Assembly (NCBI GenBank): GCA_030390025.1
Contig: CM059438.1
Span: forward strand, 69,628,001 to 69,692,000
Origin: Squalus acanthias
Lineage: Eukaryota
Direction: 5' to 3'
DNA: 64,000 bases
Below, one piece after another: positions 37,117-50,984 of the stretch (positions within the stretch are counted from its first letter, which is position 1; every line of letters starts with the position of its first letter). The position numbers were made by a program, and so were the translations under genes. Below the pieces are notes generated by a model that had not been told where the DNA came from, ran no database searches, and saw only the letters and a program-made list of their open reading frames with translations.

Positions 37117-37635
37117 GGGACGGATATTCCGATCCCTACGGGTGGGTACGCGCTGTGTACCCACCTGTAGGGACATTGGAAATGCTGGTTTTAGGCATGC
37201 ACTGCGCATGCGCTGGAAACCGGCATTTCCGATCTGTCAAGAAAGCTCTTGACAGATCCTCTGGCTGCACTGGAGAAGGGCCTCTGCGGGCGGAGAGTTC
37301 CGCTTTTTGGAGACCCTCTGCCCGCAGAAAACCCTTACAATTCTTGCACCTGGTAAAACCAGGCGTAAGGCCTGCTTTTCTCAGGATAAGAGTTGAAAAA
37401 AGTAAAATGTATGAAGGGATATTCCCTTCTCTGATTGGCTCCCCATGGCCCACGTGATCCCAGGGACGCTGCGAACCGCCTGCGCCGCTGGGATAGGTGG
37501 GCCCTGCGCACCGGCAGTTTGGAGAGGCCCAGCAACGGAACTGTGTGCCTCCCGGGAGCCCTCCGGTCCAGGCGCAGATTTTTCCAGATCGTAGCCCTCC
37601 GCCCGCGGGAGGCCTGCGATCGGAATATCTGGGCC
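37117..37635. mobile_element. Harbinger-superfamily MITE, family A copy 2
   Basis: TIRs GGGACGGATATTCCGATC / GATCGGAATATCTGGGCC with AAT/ATT flanks. It has the same internal hairpins and CCAAT/E-box as 7731-8494. Confidence 0.75.
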
Positions 37636-39067
37636 ATTATATGTTTAAAAGGTCAAATTCTGATTGTATTTTACTTGCTGCTTTTTTCTACATGTGCGGG
37701 AAAGCCTCAAACCGGCCTCCTAGTCAGTGTTACCTTTTAACATTTTTTTACCCCCCCAACTTTCCCTTTTTCTCTTTCTCCTAAACACGCACTCACCCAA
37801 GTGGCCATTGTCGATCTGTGAGTGCAGATCATAAATGCCAGCTGTCTATTTGATCATGGAAGGGATCACAGCTTGAGCCCAATGTGCAACTCGCACAATG
37901 TCCATGAGTGCTTTTCCAACAGTGGGTGCTGGAAAGCTGGACGCATTGCTGAATATTCCTTTCTCTTGCCCAGGAGAGTCATGGCCTTGTCAATAATAAG
38001 GCGCCGTGATCAATAAAATAGCTTTTTCCTCGAAGTCTGGAACCACAGCAATAAAAGTCGATTTATAAAATAAAAACAGATTAAAAAGGAAGCTGATATA
38101 TTTATTTATCCAGTAGGAACATGTGATTCTTGGTGCATGTGAACACACACACACGCCCCTGCATACACCCTCCTGCCCACAGTCGGGTTGAGGTGTAACC
38201 TATTGCTGGCAGTACAGTGGGGACAAAGGCACTCTTGCTGGCAGTTCTTGTCGAGTATAAATTGGATTTTATTTCAAGTCAAATCCCAGGGAGCAGGGAG
38301 GAGAGCGTGGGTGGGAATTGCACCCTTGAAACAGTGGCCTTGCCATCTGATTCACACAATTCAAATCAGGATAGTGGCAGTGATTGCCTGAGCAGTTGCA
38401 ATTAGCTGTTGCTCAGATGTAACCCCAAAAGGAGAGGCAGGCAGAATACTTGTGATTCCGATTATTACTGCATTAGGTTCATTAATTTCTCTAAGCTAGT
38501 TTCCATGATGATGTCACCCAACCTGACTCTCAGATTTAAAAAAATATACTACTTAAAGGTAGTAATTGGAAGCAAATGAAAGAACAAAGATACTGAAATT
38601 AGTTGTTCAAATCAGCATATTTTACAAAATATCAAAGTAGTGGTGAAATGTCTCTTTTTAACCTGAAGTAAACCTTGGTCATCATTATACTACAAGTGTT
38701 GTTATCTTGCAAGTCACAGCTAGATACCAATACCTATTTAGAGTGAACTTATAAAATAAGAAAACTTTGGACAGGAAAAGACTAGCTAGTCCATCTAGCC
38801 TGTACCATTCTGTTGTGATGCCTTATGCATCCATTCAAGAGACTCATTACCCCCGAGGTGCCATGTAGTTCCCTGGGAGAGATGAAAAACTAGATCACAA
38901 AACCCAAGGCCAGCTGTGGGGGAAAAAATCTGCAAAGTTCTTATCAGATCCTTCTAGACGATCAAAACTAGTCCAGGAGACCAGATTGACCATGACATAT
39001 TATTTGGTACCTACCTCTTGTATGATCAAGCCTGGGATCTTCCTGATTTGTATGGATAAAAGACAAA

Positions 39068-39218
39068 GGGGTAGAATTTCCACAGGGATCCCCTGATCTC
39101 CGACTGTAGCTTCGCAGGAAATCCCAGAGAGAGGGCGTAAATGGCATATGTCGTCTCTCCAGGGTTTCTGCCGAAGTTACGGTGGACGATCGGGAGAACC
39201 CCTGTGGAAATTACGGGC
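39068..39218. mobile_element. Small fold-back MITE (about 150 bp)
   Basis: GGGGTAGAATTTCCACAGGG..TCCC pairs with GGGAGAACCCCTGTGGAAATT. The whole element is an imperfect palindrome. Confidence 0.65.
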
Positions 39219-40788
39219 GAATGACTTGACCTGCTGAGCCTCTGTAATTTCCATTGTTAACTCCGAAGAAAGTACAGTGACACAGCGATAGAGGGAGGGT
39301 GGATATTTTATTCGGTGTGTTATCAGGAATTATACAGGATTATTTTTATTGATGTACATGCTGATATTGTGTAAGATGCTGTTGTTCCTTCAGCTGGCAA
39401 GGAGTTTTCTGCTTGTAGTGTCTGAAATTAGTTGTAATTGAAAGTTCTCTGGAATGTTTTTGGAGGTTTTCTTTATGGGGATGTTCCTGCATTGGGCCGG
39501 ATTGGGTTCATATGTGTTGCTCCCTGCATTTGAATAGCCTGCTGACGCTCCCCAATTAAGCTCGCACTTGAAGAAGCCCACTTGGTCAAGGTACCAGAGG
39601 GTGACTGGCGCTTGCGAGACAGTACATCAAAAAGGAATCAAGCCCTCAGGACAGGGAAGTGAAGAAGAAAGGGGAAAGCAGCTTGCTTTTTTTTAAAAAA
39701 AGAAGTTGTTTATCTTGCATTTGATGAACATGCAGTCTTCCCAGACAAGAGAGCAGGTAAGGAAAGTGACCTTCTGTTATGTCGTGGAAAAAGGCATTTT
39801 ATAGAGTACATAACAGTAACCTGGGATAATTTATCTCTGGATTTTTTTTCTCTCTCCCTTCCTGCTGGGATTGGTGTAGCATCCACCTGACAAGCACTGC
39901 TATAACGGGGAACGCAGAGTGACCGGATGAATGGGCATGAACCTTCACCCTACCAGCAAAATCCTCTGCTGCACATCCTTATTCCAAAGTTCTTTTAGTT
40001 TTCAGTAAACCTCCACATTACTGTACTTTTTAATTGGGCAAGTTCTCTCTTCATTCATTTCTGTCTCCTTCCCCGACCCAACACACCCACACACAATTTT
40101 ACTTCGGTTGATGTCTCATTTACTTGTCAAATCCATCAGACACCAAGTGCCCGTGGCTACCTTCTGCCAATTTTCTATAACATTCTCGTAACAGACACTG
40201 TAGGAAACTGCTGAGTTCTGCAGCAAATTTATTGCTAAATGGTTCAACTTGGATGTTTCTCGGAGGAGAACTTTCATCACATTTAAGTGACACTGTTCTT
40301 ACTTACACATTCTCATTATTGCTTTTCTCAGTTTGCAAACTTGAGTTGACAACAGGAATTCATTCAGTTCGGCAATGGAAGCAGACATATTTTAAAAAAA
40401 TATATATATCATTCAGTTTGATCGAGCGTCTAATATACTGACCCAGTGCTGAGGGGCAGCAAAATGGTAGGATTTTGTGCAACTCTTCAGCTCTTAACTG
40501 ATTTACACAGCCGCTCTCTGGTTGTACTGATTTTCTGCTGTAATTCTGCTCATCGAAGGGCAGGCTTAGGAAGCGACAAAGAGTGGAAACTCAGCTTGAG
40601 TTCTGCTGTTTACTTTGCTGCTGATGAAAATTCATTGGAGCCATTAATAATTGATGCTTGCGCATCAGAAGAGACAGAAATAATTGGGGAAAAGGACCAC
40701 TTTTTGAAGAACAAACTTTTGGTGTTTGGTTTCTATTTTAGAAATTCCCAAAATGTTACAAGCTGGCCTATCCCATTAAAAAGCCAGC

Positions 40789-41459
40789 AGGTGGAATTTC
40801 TCTTGGGGTGGAATTGGAAAGTCACACTCAAAATTACGCCCCTTTGGCCGATATCAACTTATTCCTAAATTTTTCTGCCAATCTCATTAGCATACGTAAC
40901 CAAACAGAAATCGGCGTAATCAGGGTCTAAGGAAAGTGCGGCATGCACGCCTTATATTCCTTCTTTAACATGAAAACTAAAGTTTGAGGCCATCTAACCA
41001 TCATTCATGCACATTAGGCACGGCATGTTTAAGAACCTGCAATCGCGTCAGCGATTCAATTTTTAATGCGACTCATACTGAAGCCGTAAAAAAGCATTCA
41101 AAGGAACAGAAAATACAGAATAGGTCTCGGTGAGGAGAAATTAATAAATCACAAAAAAAAGAATAAAACGCCGGAAAAAAGACTTTGCTTCGTTCTGTGC
41201 CTAAAATTCTGGCCTTAATTTTACACCCATTTTGAACCAGAAAACTCACGCGTATGGATCTTTAGCAATTATGTTGAGCCGAGATATGTGCGGCTGCAAG
41301 GATCTATAGACAGGCGTAAAAAATCAAGGAAATTCGGGCGTAATGTAATTATGTGCATAACACACTTGTGCCCGAGTTTGCTCAGTCTTTTACATGGGTA
41401 TTTGCTTTATACCCCATAACACCTGTCTCTAGGCACAATTACACCGGAAACTTCATCCC
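40789..41459. mobile_element. Probable old MITE
   Basis: Degenerate inverted ends (GGTGGAATTTC..GGTGGAATTG / CAATTACACCGGAAACTTCATCCC), repeated TACGCC/GGCGTA motifs and raised CpG. Confidence 0.4.
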
Positions 41460-41542
41460 TGGGATAGGTAACGGCCCGATTCTAAAGACACAAATACAGT
41501 AAGGGGTGTACCCAGCATTTAAAAAAGGGTCTCATAGCCCAC

Positions 41543-41738
41543 ACATAAGAATATAAGAAATAGGAGCAGGAGTAGGCCATTCGGCCCCTTGGGCCTGCTC
41601 TGCCATTCGATGAGATCATGGCTGATCTTCTGCCTCAACTCCATTCACCGGCCCTATCACCATATCCCTTGATGCCCTTACTAGTCAGAAATCTATCGAC
41701 TTCTGTTTTGAATATACCCAATGACTGAGCCTCCACAG
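41543..41738 (-). mobile_element. CR1 3' fragment
   Basis: ACATAAGAA tail repeat followed by ATAGGAGCAGGAGTAGGCCATTCGGCCC. Confidence 0.8.
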
Positions 41739-42857
41739 TACTCGTCCTGAAAGTCAGGTCTAACTTGACCCCTGCACGTATAGGGATGCGCATGCACATA
41801 CCGACATCAGTAAAATATTGAGGACACAGTACCTACTGCTCCCTGCCCACTTGTTTAATCCCGGAAGTAAACTACAGTGCTGTAATTGGATATCTCTGGT
41901 GAAAAGCTCTCAAATGTTAATCTTGATATTTAATTTGATCCTTGTTAATCACAGGGTGACTGATTTGAAAGTTGAAACTCATTCCACAAAGTAACAAGGC
42001 ATCCATTCAGCCTATTTGATCTCATCCTTCTAGAATACCAACCTTGCCATCTTTCCATAACAACATCCAGTTGTTTATTAAATGGGTCCAGTGTTTTGGC
42101 TTCGACCGCTCTTCCTGGCAATTCGTTTCAGCTGCTGATCATCCTTTGTGTAAAGCAATAGTTCCTGACTCTCTGAAAAGTCTTTTGAAAAATCTTGGGC
42201 TGTGCAATTGGAAATTGAGGCTTTAGTTGTTATTATTGCTATTTAAATTCTAAATCTGTAATTAATATTTCCTCGCAGAACTGACAATAGGCTGTGCAAC
42301 TGAACATAACATAACCCACTTGAACAGGCATTTTGAGGGAACTTGTAAATCATGGTTTACCGAAAGCTTCAGTTGCATGTTGATCCTCCCGTATACACGC
42401 ACAGCAACAGGAAATTCCTGAGTGTGGAGATGTCATTAAAATTAACATTTTTATTGTGCTGAAATGGAAGAGGACTTTCTGTTACATTGGAAGAAATACA
42501 TTCAGAAAGCCAGAGACTCCTGGTCTCCCCTCTGGTTGCTAACCAACAGTTGACCACTTGGCATCATTGCCAACTGAGTAAAAGCTGTAATGATCCTTCC
42601 AAAGCAGCCAATGACTGCAAATGGACATCTGTGTCATGGAACTAACTTTTGGTATTAAAGTGATACTCCACAAGGACCTATCTTAGAATATTTATTTTTA
42701 AGAATATAGGCATGTTGGGAGAATACATATATTTGTCGTCAGAATAAATGTAAAATATGTACTTTGTACTTGGGAGGCCTTATCAAAGCCACCATTCCTA
42801 CATGAGACAATGTGTGATGCAACTGAAGTTGAACATGTGCCAATGTGACAAGTCACT

Positions 42858-43132
42858 TACATAGAATTACATAGAATGTACAGCACAGAAACAGGCCATT
42901 CAGTCCAACAGGTCTATGCCAGTGTTTATGCTGCACACGAGCCTCCTCCCACCTTACTTCATCTCACTCTATCAGCATATCCTTCTATTCCTTTCTCCCT
43001 CGTGTGTTTATCCAGCTTCCCCTTAAATGCATCTATGCTATTCGCCTCAACTACTCCATGTGGTAACTCGTTCCACGTTCTAACCACTCTCCGGGTAAAT
43101 AAATTTCTCCTGAATTCCTTACTGGATTTATA
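42858..43132 (-). mobile_element. CR1 3' fragment (a similar piece lies at 43955-44130)
   Basis: EFRRNLFTRRVVRTWNELP..AFKGKLDK and an ACATAGAA tail. Inverse of 6975-7222. Confidence 0.8.
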
Positions 43133-45384
43133 ATTCCTCATTGGATTTATGTTTAGTAAGTCAACATTACATGACATGACATGTTATGGGCTCAGAGGTG
43201 ACCTCTGGCCTCACCAACTCCCCACAACTAATGATTTCAGTGGTGGTCTCTTCGAAAATAGGCAATGGCTTAAATTTCTTTGGGCCACTTCCTACACAGG
43301 ATGTTAGATTAAAGGCTGTCTTGTCTTGCAAGCGGAAGAATAGTATGGAGATATTAGAAGCACATAGAGCAGTGAGATGGACTGCAGGCTACCAATTAAG
43401 GACCCATATTCCTAATGTGAAGCCCCTTTAAGAATTATAGCTGTGAACACAAGTTGCCATATGAACTTCCTGATTAAAAGAAGACCTGCATCCTAATGTC
43501 TCCATTCAAACAAGGCATTTCTTGCCCTGATTCCCCTGTGGCAGTGCATGTCTAGCTAATGTGCTCTTACTGTTTAGTGTCAGCCAGCAGTCCAAGATTA
43601 AACAGAGAAGGCTTTTTTATATGTGCACTTGTGTCAGGTATTTGCCATGTAAAGAGGCATTTGTCGCTTAGCTTATTAGATTTCTTCACGTCTGACATCT
43701 TTTTCCTGATATCTCTAACAGCGCCTGTGGGTTCTGGACGCAGCACCGACCCTTCCTGCCATCTCTCTCCCTCACTGCTGCTTTAGGTGTTTGGGGTTGG
43801 TAGATGCCCATCAGTCTTATAAAGTGTGTCCTTCCTCTACCTGATTCCAGCTTCCTTTGTCTGCCACGCTCCATGCTTCAGTGGCATGGCTCAGTAAATG
43901 ACTGCCCTGCTTTCCCCACTCCCCATCCCTCATTTAGCTATTCAAATGACTCATTACATAGAATTTACAGCACAGAAACAGGCCATTCAGCCCAACTGGT
44001 GTATACCAGTCTTTATGCTCCACGAGCCTCCTCCCATCCTACTTCATCTAACTCTTTCAGCATATCCTTCTTGTCCTTTCTCCTGAGTCACGCACTTATC
44101 TTGCTTCCCCTTAAATGCATCTGTGCTGTTCACCTCATTATTGCAGATTGCAGCTGATTTTCTGAATTATTGATTGTTGCGCTTCATTGGGCACTCGTGC
44201 TATTGGCATTATAAAGTGCCTGATTTTGTGCAGATTCACGATACTATACAATGAGGGGTTAACAAGCCTAATTAGTCATTCTGAAAGGCCTTAAGCAGCG
44301 CTCAGTTAACCCCTCAACCTCATGGAAGCAGTCATTTCGCGAGTAAGATGATAGCTGACATCACCCTGCATGAGTGTACCTTTCATCTGCTCACCTTAGG
44401 ACCTTGCAACAGCAAGCATGGAGGAGCTGGCAGCGTGGAACGGTCCTTTGGGAAAGAGAATTGCTGTATTTTATGAAAGAAAGAATGTTGTCGAGAAAAT
44501 CGAAGAGGGGATGTCAACCACGATTCCCTAATGGACCAAACATTGTACATAAAGAATTCTAATTAATGCTGCGTTGTGAATGGGCCTTTAAGTACTTTCA
44601 TTTCAATGGTGAATGCTAATGATATTGTTGCGGGAGTAGCTCTGAGGAATGACTGTGCCCACAGCATGGGAGAGCTGAATGAACAGTCACCACTGAAGAG
44701 GTGAGATCAGTGAAATACTGTGAGTTGAGAATGATCTGCTTCTGTTAATTCAGCTCATTTAGCATTACTGAATATTTGTTATGTTATCGGACAGAAAAGC
44801 TCCATGTAGCCAGTTCACCAATGATACTACCTACACTTATAGTTTAAACAGACGCAATCAATTTGCAGAAATGGAAAGAATAAAATAAAAAGGATAGCAA
44901 AGTTGAATATAATTATTTGCAACAATTTGCTTTTTCCAAAGGGGTCTTCCTGGTCAGACCTCTGAGAGCTGTGCTTTAATAATGAAAGTTTCCCAGAGCA
45001 AGAATCATTATGTGTGTGTCTCTAATTAGGTTTTGTACAGATCGCACTGACAGTAGATATTTAAAAGATTGATTTGTAGTATTGTTTAGTGGAATATGAC
45101 CGCAAAATGGAAAGTGAAATCTAACAGATTATTCTACACACAATGTTCTATTTTCTCATCAAAGGCATGTTGTACTGTTTCCACGAAGCAATGCTTCCAC
45201 TCACGACTTTTTAATGTGTTGTGGCCTGGATACCAGTGTCGAGGGCAATTGTTGAATCTGTATCATATCAGTCATCCAAGAACTGTTCAGGTGTAGGTGT
45301 TCGTGTTAATTCTTTAGTTGTAAATGTTTCTTGAAAAACTGTATCACTGTGTCACTGTATTAGAAGGTTGTATATGTTTAAGTA

Positions 45385-45788
45385 CCACTTGAGGCCTTGA
45401 GCATAAAATATAGACTAACATTTCAGTACAGTAGTGAGGGAGTGCTGTACTGTTGGAAGTGCTGTCTTTTAGATGAAACGTTAAACCGAAACCTTGTCCA
45501 CCATTTCAGTTGGATGTAAAAGATCCTGTGGCACTATTTGAAGAAAAGCAGTGGGGTTTTCTTGGTGTCCTGGCCAATGTTTATCACTCAATCAACACCA
45601 CCATAGACAGATTATCTGGTTATCTATCTCATTGCTGTTTGTGGCCCTTGGTGTGTGCATGTTGGTTTAGCGTTTCCCTACATTACAACAGTGATAACAC
45701 GTCAAAAGTAATTCATTGGCTGTGAAACGCTTTAGGCAGTGCTGAGGACATGAAAGATGCTAGATAAATGCAAGTTTGTTCTTTCTTG
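45385..45788 (+). mobile_element. Deu-domain SINE
   Basis: Same core and tail as 20612-20990. Confidence 0.8.
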
Positions 45789-45929
45789 TATCTGATAATA
45801 GTGCTGTTATGATTTGGGCTACTTGCTAATTCTTTTGACTCGTGCCCAATGCAAAGGTCCACTGCTGTGGGCAAGCTAATGCTTGTTTTGAACCAAAATG
45901 TGACTTTATGCACTAAGTAACTGGGATAT

Positions 45930-47020
45930 GCGAATACAAGTAGATGAAGCCATAAAAAGCCTGAAACATTTTTTCTGTTTTGTAAGTAGGGGCATATAGA
46001 ACAATAGTGAATAAGTAATGATAATTTTGTATAGAAATTGGTAAGAACACAGTAAGGGTACTCTGGGCTACCTTGGGAATTATAGAGAAGACATTAAAGC
46101 CATAGAGAGCATACAGCAGAGATTCACCAGGATGATGCTAGGGATGGGATAATATAGTTACAAGGTGAGACTTGAGATATTAGGGCTTTTTCCATTACAG
46201 CAGAGAAGGCTAAGAGGAGTTTTAAAAGGGGTTTTTAAATTGATGAAGGATTTTGATAAAGCAAAATGCTGTTTCTTCTGGTTGGGCAGTCAGTGATGAA
46301 GGGTCATCAATTTCTTTATGCAGACTGTTGTTGGAATGTGGATTGTTTTGCCACAGGGAGTGGTTAAAACAGAGACCATCACATCTTTTAAGGGAAAATT
46401 GGATAAATATTTGAAGAAGAGGAAGATACAGGACTATGAGGAGAGAGCAGGGAATTGGGATTAGTTTTGGATTGCTCTAGGAACATCGGAAAGAACATAA
46501 AAACATGAGTAGGCCATTCAGCCCCTCGAGCCTGTTCCGCCATTCAATTAGGTCACGGCTGATCTGTATCTTAACTCCATCTACCCGCCTTGGCTCCATA
46601 TCTCTTAATACCTTACTGAACAAAAATCTATCAATCTCAGTTTTGAAATTTTCAATTGACCGAGCCTCAACAGCATTTTGGGGGAGAGGGTTCCAGATTT
46701 CCATACCCTTTGTGTGAAGAAGTGCTTTCTGTCATCACCCCTGAATGGGGCCTCACTCTAATTTTAAGGTTGTGCCCCAGAGGAAATAGTTTCTCTCTAT
46801 CTAACCTATCAATTCCTTCAATCATCTTAAACACCTCATTTAGATCACCCCTTAATCTTTTATACTCGAGGGAATACAAGCGTAGTCTATTCACTCTTTC
46901 CTCATAATTTAACCCTTTTAGCCCGGTATCATTCTGATGAATCTGTGTTGCACCCCCTCCAAGGTCAATATATCCTTCCAAAGAGCTGGCACAAACTTGA
47001 TGGGCCAAGTGGCTTCTTTT
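45930..47020 (+). mobile_element. Old CR1 3' end with an inverted CR1 3' fragment (46479-46978, minus) nested in its 3' UTR
   Basis: TTGGATTGCTCT | insert | CCAAAGAGCTGGCAC is contiguous CR1 3' UTR. The insert encodes LYSLEYKRLRGDL. Confidence 0.75.
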
Positions 47021-47269
47021 GTTTCTCCGGATAGTGGGCCACAGAATGAATCCTGAGCCCGTTACTGTTAGAAGTGGTATCTGTTGCACAGTGTCATCTC
47101 TTTGCCTGATGGTAAACATCACGCTGATGGACAAATGTGACTCAGACCAAAAAACTACAAGCTAAGCTTATTACGAAATAATACAGACAGAAGCAAGAGC
47201 AAAAAACAAAAGATCTAGACAGATTAAAAAACTTAACTTAGTTTCTTTTTCAAAACAGTAAAAGCTCCA

Positions 47270-49084
47270 AGGCTAGAAATTCATGAACTTACCACCACTC
47301 CGTAGTATCATGAAATGGCGATAAAATGGCGGCTGCCACTCTTTCGCCAGCTGGTGGCAGTTCCCGTGGCGGCCGCCATACCCCTCTTCCCCTTTGCGCT
47401 GCCAAGAATTGGCAGCACCCAGCAAAATAAAAATGGCGGCGTGGTGATGTCAATCGGCGTGCAACGCTGACTTAACGTCACCAATGTGAACTTCGACCCT
47501 AGCGCTGAATTCAGCGCTGGGTCCTAAGCATGCCAGGTTAAGCTGGCGTGCAAGCAGGCTGATGGTGGCTGACAGTGGCGGTGTCTGCAGCTCTTAAAGG
47601 GACTCACACATCATTCAGGTAAGTTTGAATTTAAGGGTTTGGACTTTTTTATTTTATTGAAGTGGTGGCTTGCTGCAATTGATGTGAAAAGTTTTTTTTA
47701 AGTGTGTAGGGAGTGCTGCCGGATGCTTGCAAGGCCTCGGCTGGTAAATGAAGGCCTTTGAGAAGACAGAACATGCTGCAAATACTCAGCAGGTCACGCA
47801 ACATCCCTGGAGAGAAAAACAGAGTTTACGTCTCTGGTTGACATGCTGCCTGACCAACTGAGTATTTCCAGCATTTGATGCTGTCATTTCACATTTACAG
47901 CATCTGCTTGCAGAGTGAAGAGGAAGACGCAGAAGCGGAGGAAGCCAAAGAGGAGGAATCAGACGGAAGCATGCATCCCAGACAGCCTCTTTGTGGCCGG
48001 GATATCTGGGATGGAATCAGCTGCGCACTGCCTGGGCAGGTTGCCTCTTCTTGTTGACCCACTGGCTGGGCAGGCTGCATTTCTTGGGAGTGTGAAATGA
48101 GGAAGGCACAAGGGTGGAGTTGTGCTGACTGGAGGACGGGAAAGCAAGAGGTGCATGCCAGAAGGAGGATGACGTACAAGGATACCCGCATCTTGTATCC
48201 TTTCAGCCCCGCCGCTGGCCTAGGGCTCAACCATGCCCCTGCCAAAAATGGCCTGCACCATCTCCTCCAAGGGGGTGAGGTGAGGCTAGGAAGGGGAGAT
48301 GTGCCTCGTTATTGGTGCAGATTGTTGGTAGCTGAGTGATTGGGGGTTGTGCATTAAGCAGTGTGTGAGGCTAGTGGTGCAGTTGGTAGGAGACAGCTTT
48401 TGAAAATGCATTCACTGACCTTGACCAGTGGTCTGAGGTCATGAAGCTTCTTTGGGCACTGGAGCCACGTTGTGGGGGCGACACTGCTGGCAGTGACGGC
48501 CTTAGTGATGTACTCCCACATTGTTCTTTCTGGAGGGCCTCCTGGCCCCTGTGGGTAGAGGGCCGCTCTTGCAGTGTTGACTCCCTGCACAAAGCTGGAG
48601 TGCTGCGTATCAGACCCTTGGTGCCCCTTCACTGGCTTGCTGAGGCAGTTTTCCCATTTGTTGAGATTAGGAAGGGAATTCAACTTTAACAGCTGAATAT
48701 TCACATTTGGAACTTCTTTTAAATAATGAATATTTCTTAAAAGGCAGAAAGGACTGTAAAATGTATTGACTCACTGCATTTTATTTTGTATTGCTTCAGT
48801 GTGCAGGGCCCCTTTAAATCTCAGACCTCTTCATTGCCCACAATTCCCTGCGAGCTCCACAGCTTCGCTCACAGAGGCTGTGGGAAGCTGCAGCGCCGGA
48901 CTGGACAGGAGCTTCATCCCGATCCCGGCAGCAATGCCACCAGGATGGCGTTGCACGGCAGGTAAGCGCTACGCCACCTATCTCCGTGCCCCCCAGACCA
49001 ATTTCACTCGGTTAGCGTTGCAGCCATTTCCAGCGGCCGTTAACTGCACCGGCAACTTTGCTGGCGAACACAAATTTTTCCCCC
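47270..49084 (+). mobile_element. Internally deleted Harbinger related to element 1, with a Myb relic and a Penelope fragment (about 47762-47908)
   Basis: Ends GGCTAGAAATT / AAATTTTTCCCCC. 47445-47485 resembles 15443-15480, and 48040-48620 is colinear with 18140-18970 (TWLQCPKKLHDL..VKVSE). Confidence 0.7.
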
Positions 49085-49124
49085 TAAAAGTTTAACAGAT
49101 CTCTGAAGTAACTTTGGACAGTAT

Positions 49125-50018
49125 GGGGTAGAAATTAGGTCGCGCCCCATTTGGGGCGCAAATATCGTCTGGACGCAAATATTAGCGCCTGGCGCTAATT
49201 ATCGGCACTGACTGGAAACTTCACTTTTACCGCCCCGGGAGGTGAGTGGAGCGCTAAAGCAGGCGCTGCACACCTGCCTTAAGGCGCAAAGGCCGAGCAG
49301 TGAGGCGCTAACTCAGAGCGCTGGCGAAGCTCATGTAATGTCAGTCAGCAATGGAACACACACACAATGGCACGGGCCAGTTCTTAAAGGGGATGGTTAA
49401 TCTTGCTTTCCATCCACATCCTGTTCATTGCAGCCTTGAATCTCGGCCTGGAGAGACTTGCACATCAAATGTGCTGGAAAGAACAATGGAGAGTACCAGG
49501 CAAAGAGCTCAGAGTGCAGCTCCCACAGTCTCTGCTAAATCGATACAAGGAATGGCAAATCAAAATGAACCTGCAAAGTGCTGCTCAGTACCCAAAACTC
49601 CTTCACACAACGTTGAATCTCTCCAGAAGTCTCTCCCTCTCTCTCTCAGAATGCGTAGTTCAAAAATGCCACCAACAATAAAAGGCAGGAAGAGGCCCCC
49701 TTTAAATAGCGCCCCCCCCCAGCCCGACAGCGATTGATAGCGTTCCAGTCTTCTGGTTGTTGGAAGCGCCAGGCGGTAAGGCAGGGGGCGCCACTCAATT
49801 TCCGCTCCGGGGCGCCACAAGGGCGTTGCACCATGGAATGACGTCACAATCTGCGCGCGCAGGTGGTCGCAGCGGTAAGTTTTAGCGCCGCCGCACAATC
49901 TCAAGTTAAGTTCCCGAGCGGCGCAAACATCGCTGCGCCCGGGCGTTAGCGGCTTTGCGCCCCAGTAGCGCCCTCTTAAGGCGCTAACGGGAGGCGCAAC
50001 CAACTGAATTTTTACCCC
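49125..50018. mobile_element. Harbinger-type non-autonomous element
   Basis: TIRs GGGGTAGAAATT / AATTTTTACCCC, 3-bp TSD TAT, and many subterminal AGCGCC/GGCGCT repeats. Confidence 0.8.
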
Positions 50019-50387
50019 TATGTCTGTGATGAAAAGCTTTACAGGAGAGATAAAATCCACGTGACCCCTTTTTGCCGCCATGACTTGGACTCCACGTGAA
50101 CTGAAGCATTTGGAGGCAGCTGTCGAATTTTTTTGTGTTGCCCCTGGAGACTGACTTGTGTATCATAAATTCAAACAAAGACATAGTGGCAGGAGATGGC
50201 TCACATACCATACTGATTGTCAGAAACACCCGGAGTTTGTTTAGACGAGGAGATGCTAATTCTGACACACTGCGCACAACAAAAATAAAATTTGTATTTT
50301 ATCACATGGAATTCTGAGATTTTTACTGGTGTTTAGTAACTCGCAGGATCTGCTATCTGTCTGACCTGTTTTGCGATGTCTTTGTGA

Positions 50388-50485
50388 AACAAAAGCAGAA
50401 AATACTGGAAACACTCAGCAGGTTGGCCAGCATCTGTGGAGAGATTTTGTGCAAGACATTTTGGCTATGAACCCTTCATCAGAGA
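50388..50485 (-). mobile_element. Penelope-like terminal fragment
   Basis: CAGAAAATACTGGAAACACTCAGCAGGT..GCATCTGTGGAGAG and CCCTTCATCAG (CTGATGAAGGG on minus). Confidence 0.6.
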
Positions 50486-50506
50486 GTGTTGGGATTAAAG
50501 ACACAG

Positions 50507-50540
50507 CAGTGCCACCTGGTGGCAGGGGCCTATAATTGCA
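50507..50540 (-). promoter_or_regulatory. Candidate CTCF site with upstream (M2/U) motif
   Basis: The minus strand reads TGCAATTAT AGGCCCCTG CCACCAGGTGGCACTG: a consensus core plus a TGCAAT motif about 20 bp away centre to centre. Confidence 0.65.
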
Positions 50541-50984
50541 GCATGATTGGCAAATGTTTACTTACATGTTTACCGCATTTCTAAAAGTTGACTTGGCATT
50601 TTTCCATAATAAAAGTTGACATAAAACTATTACTCAAAAATCATGACACAGGAAGTAAAGGCAATTTGAAGAGGAAGTGAGATTAACGGCCAAGTCCCGC
50701 TCTGCACAACACCACCAGAATTAGCGTGAGTAGAAGAGAATACAAGGTAGAGCAGTAAGTAGTGATTGGCTGATGGCAAGTTTAGGGTTTCAAAGCCTAA
50801 AGATTGTAGCAGCAAGGAAAGAGTAAAGGAGATAAGGAGTTCCAGTTTGGCCAGTCATAGGAATGCATACAGGCTAACTTAGAAAACTAGCAATAGCTGA
50901 CCAACAGCTTCAAAAAGGTTAACACAGTCCCCAGAAAACTGACAACTCAAGAACCATGCTGACGTGAAAACAGGTAGTTTCTAT

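Noticed and set aside
49125..50018. CpG island or host promoter with a 173-aa ORF
   Set aside because: It is bounded by TIRs and a TAT TSD. The ORFs reflect GC-richness and have no recognisable domain.
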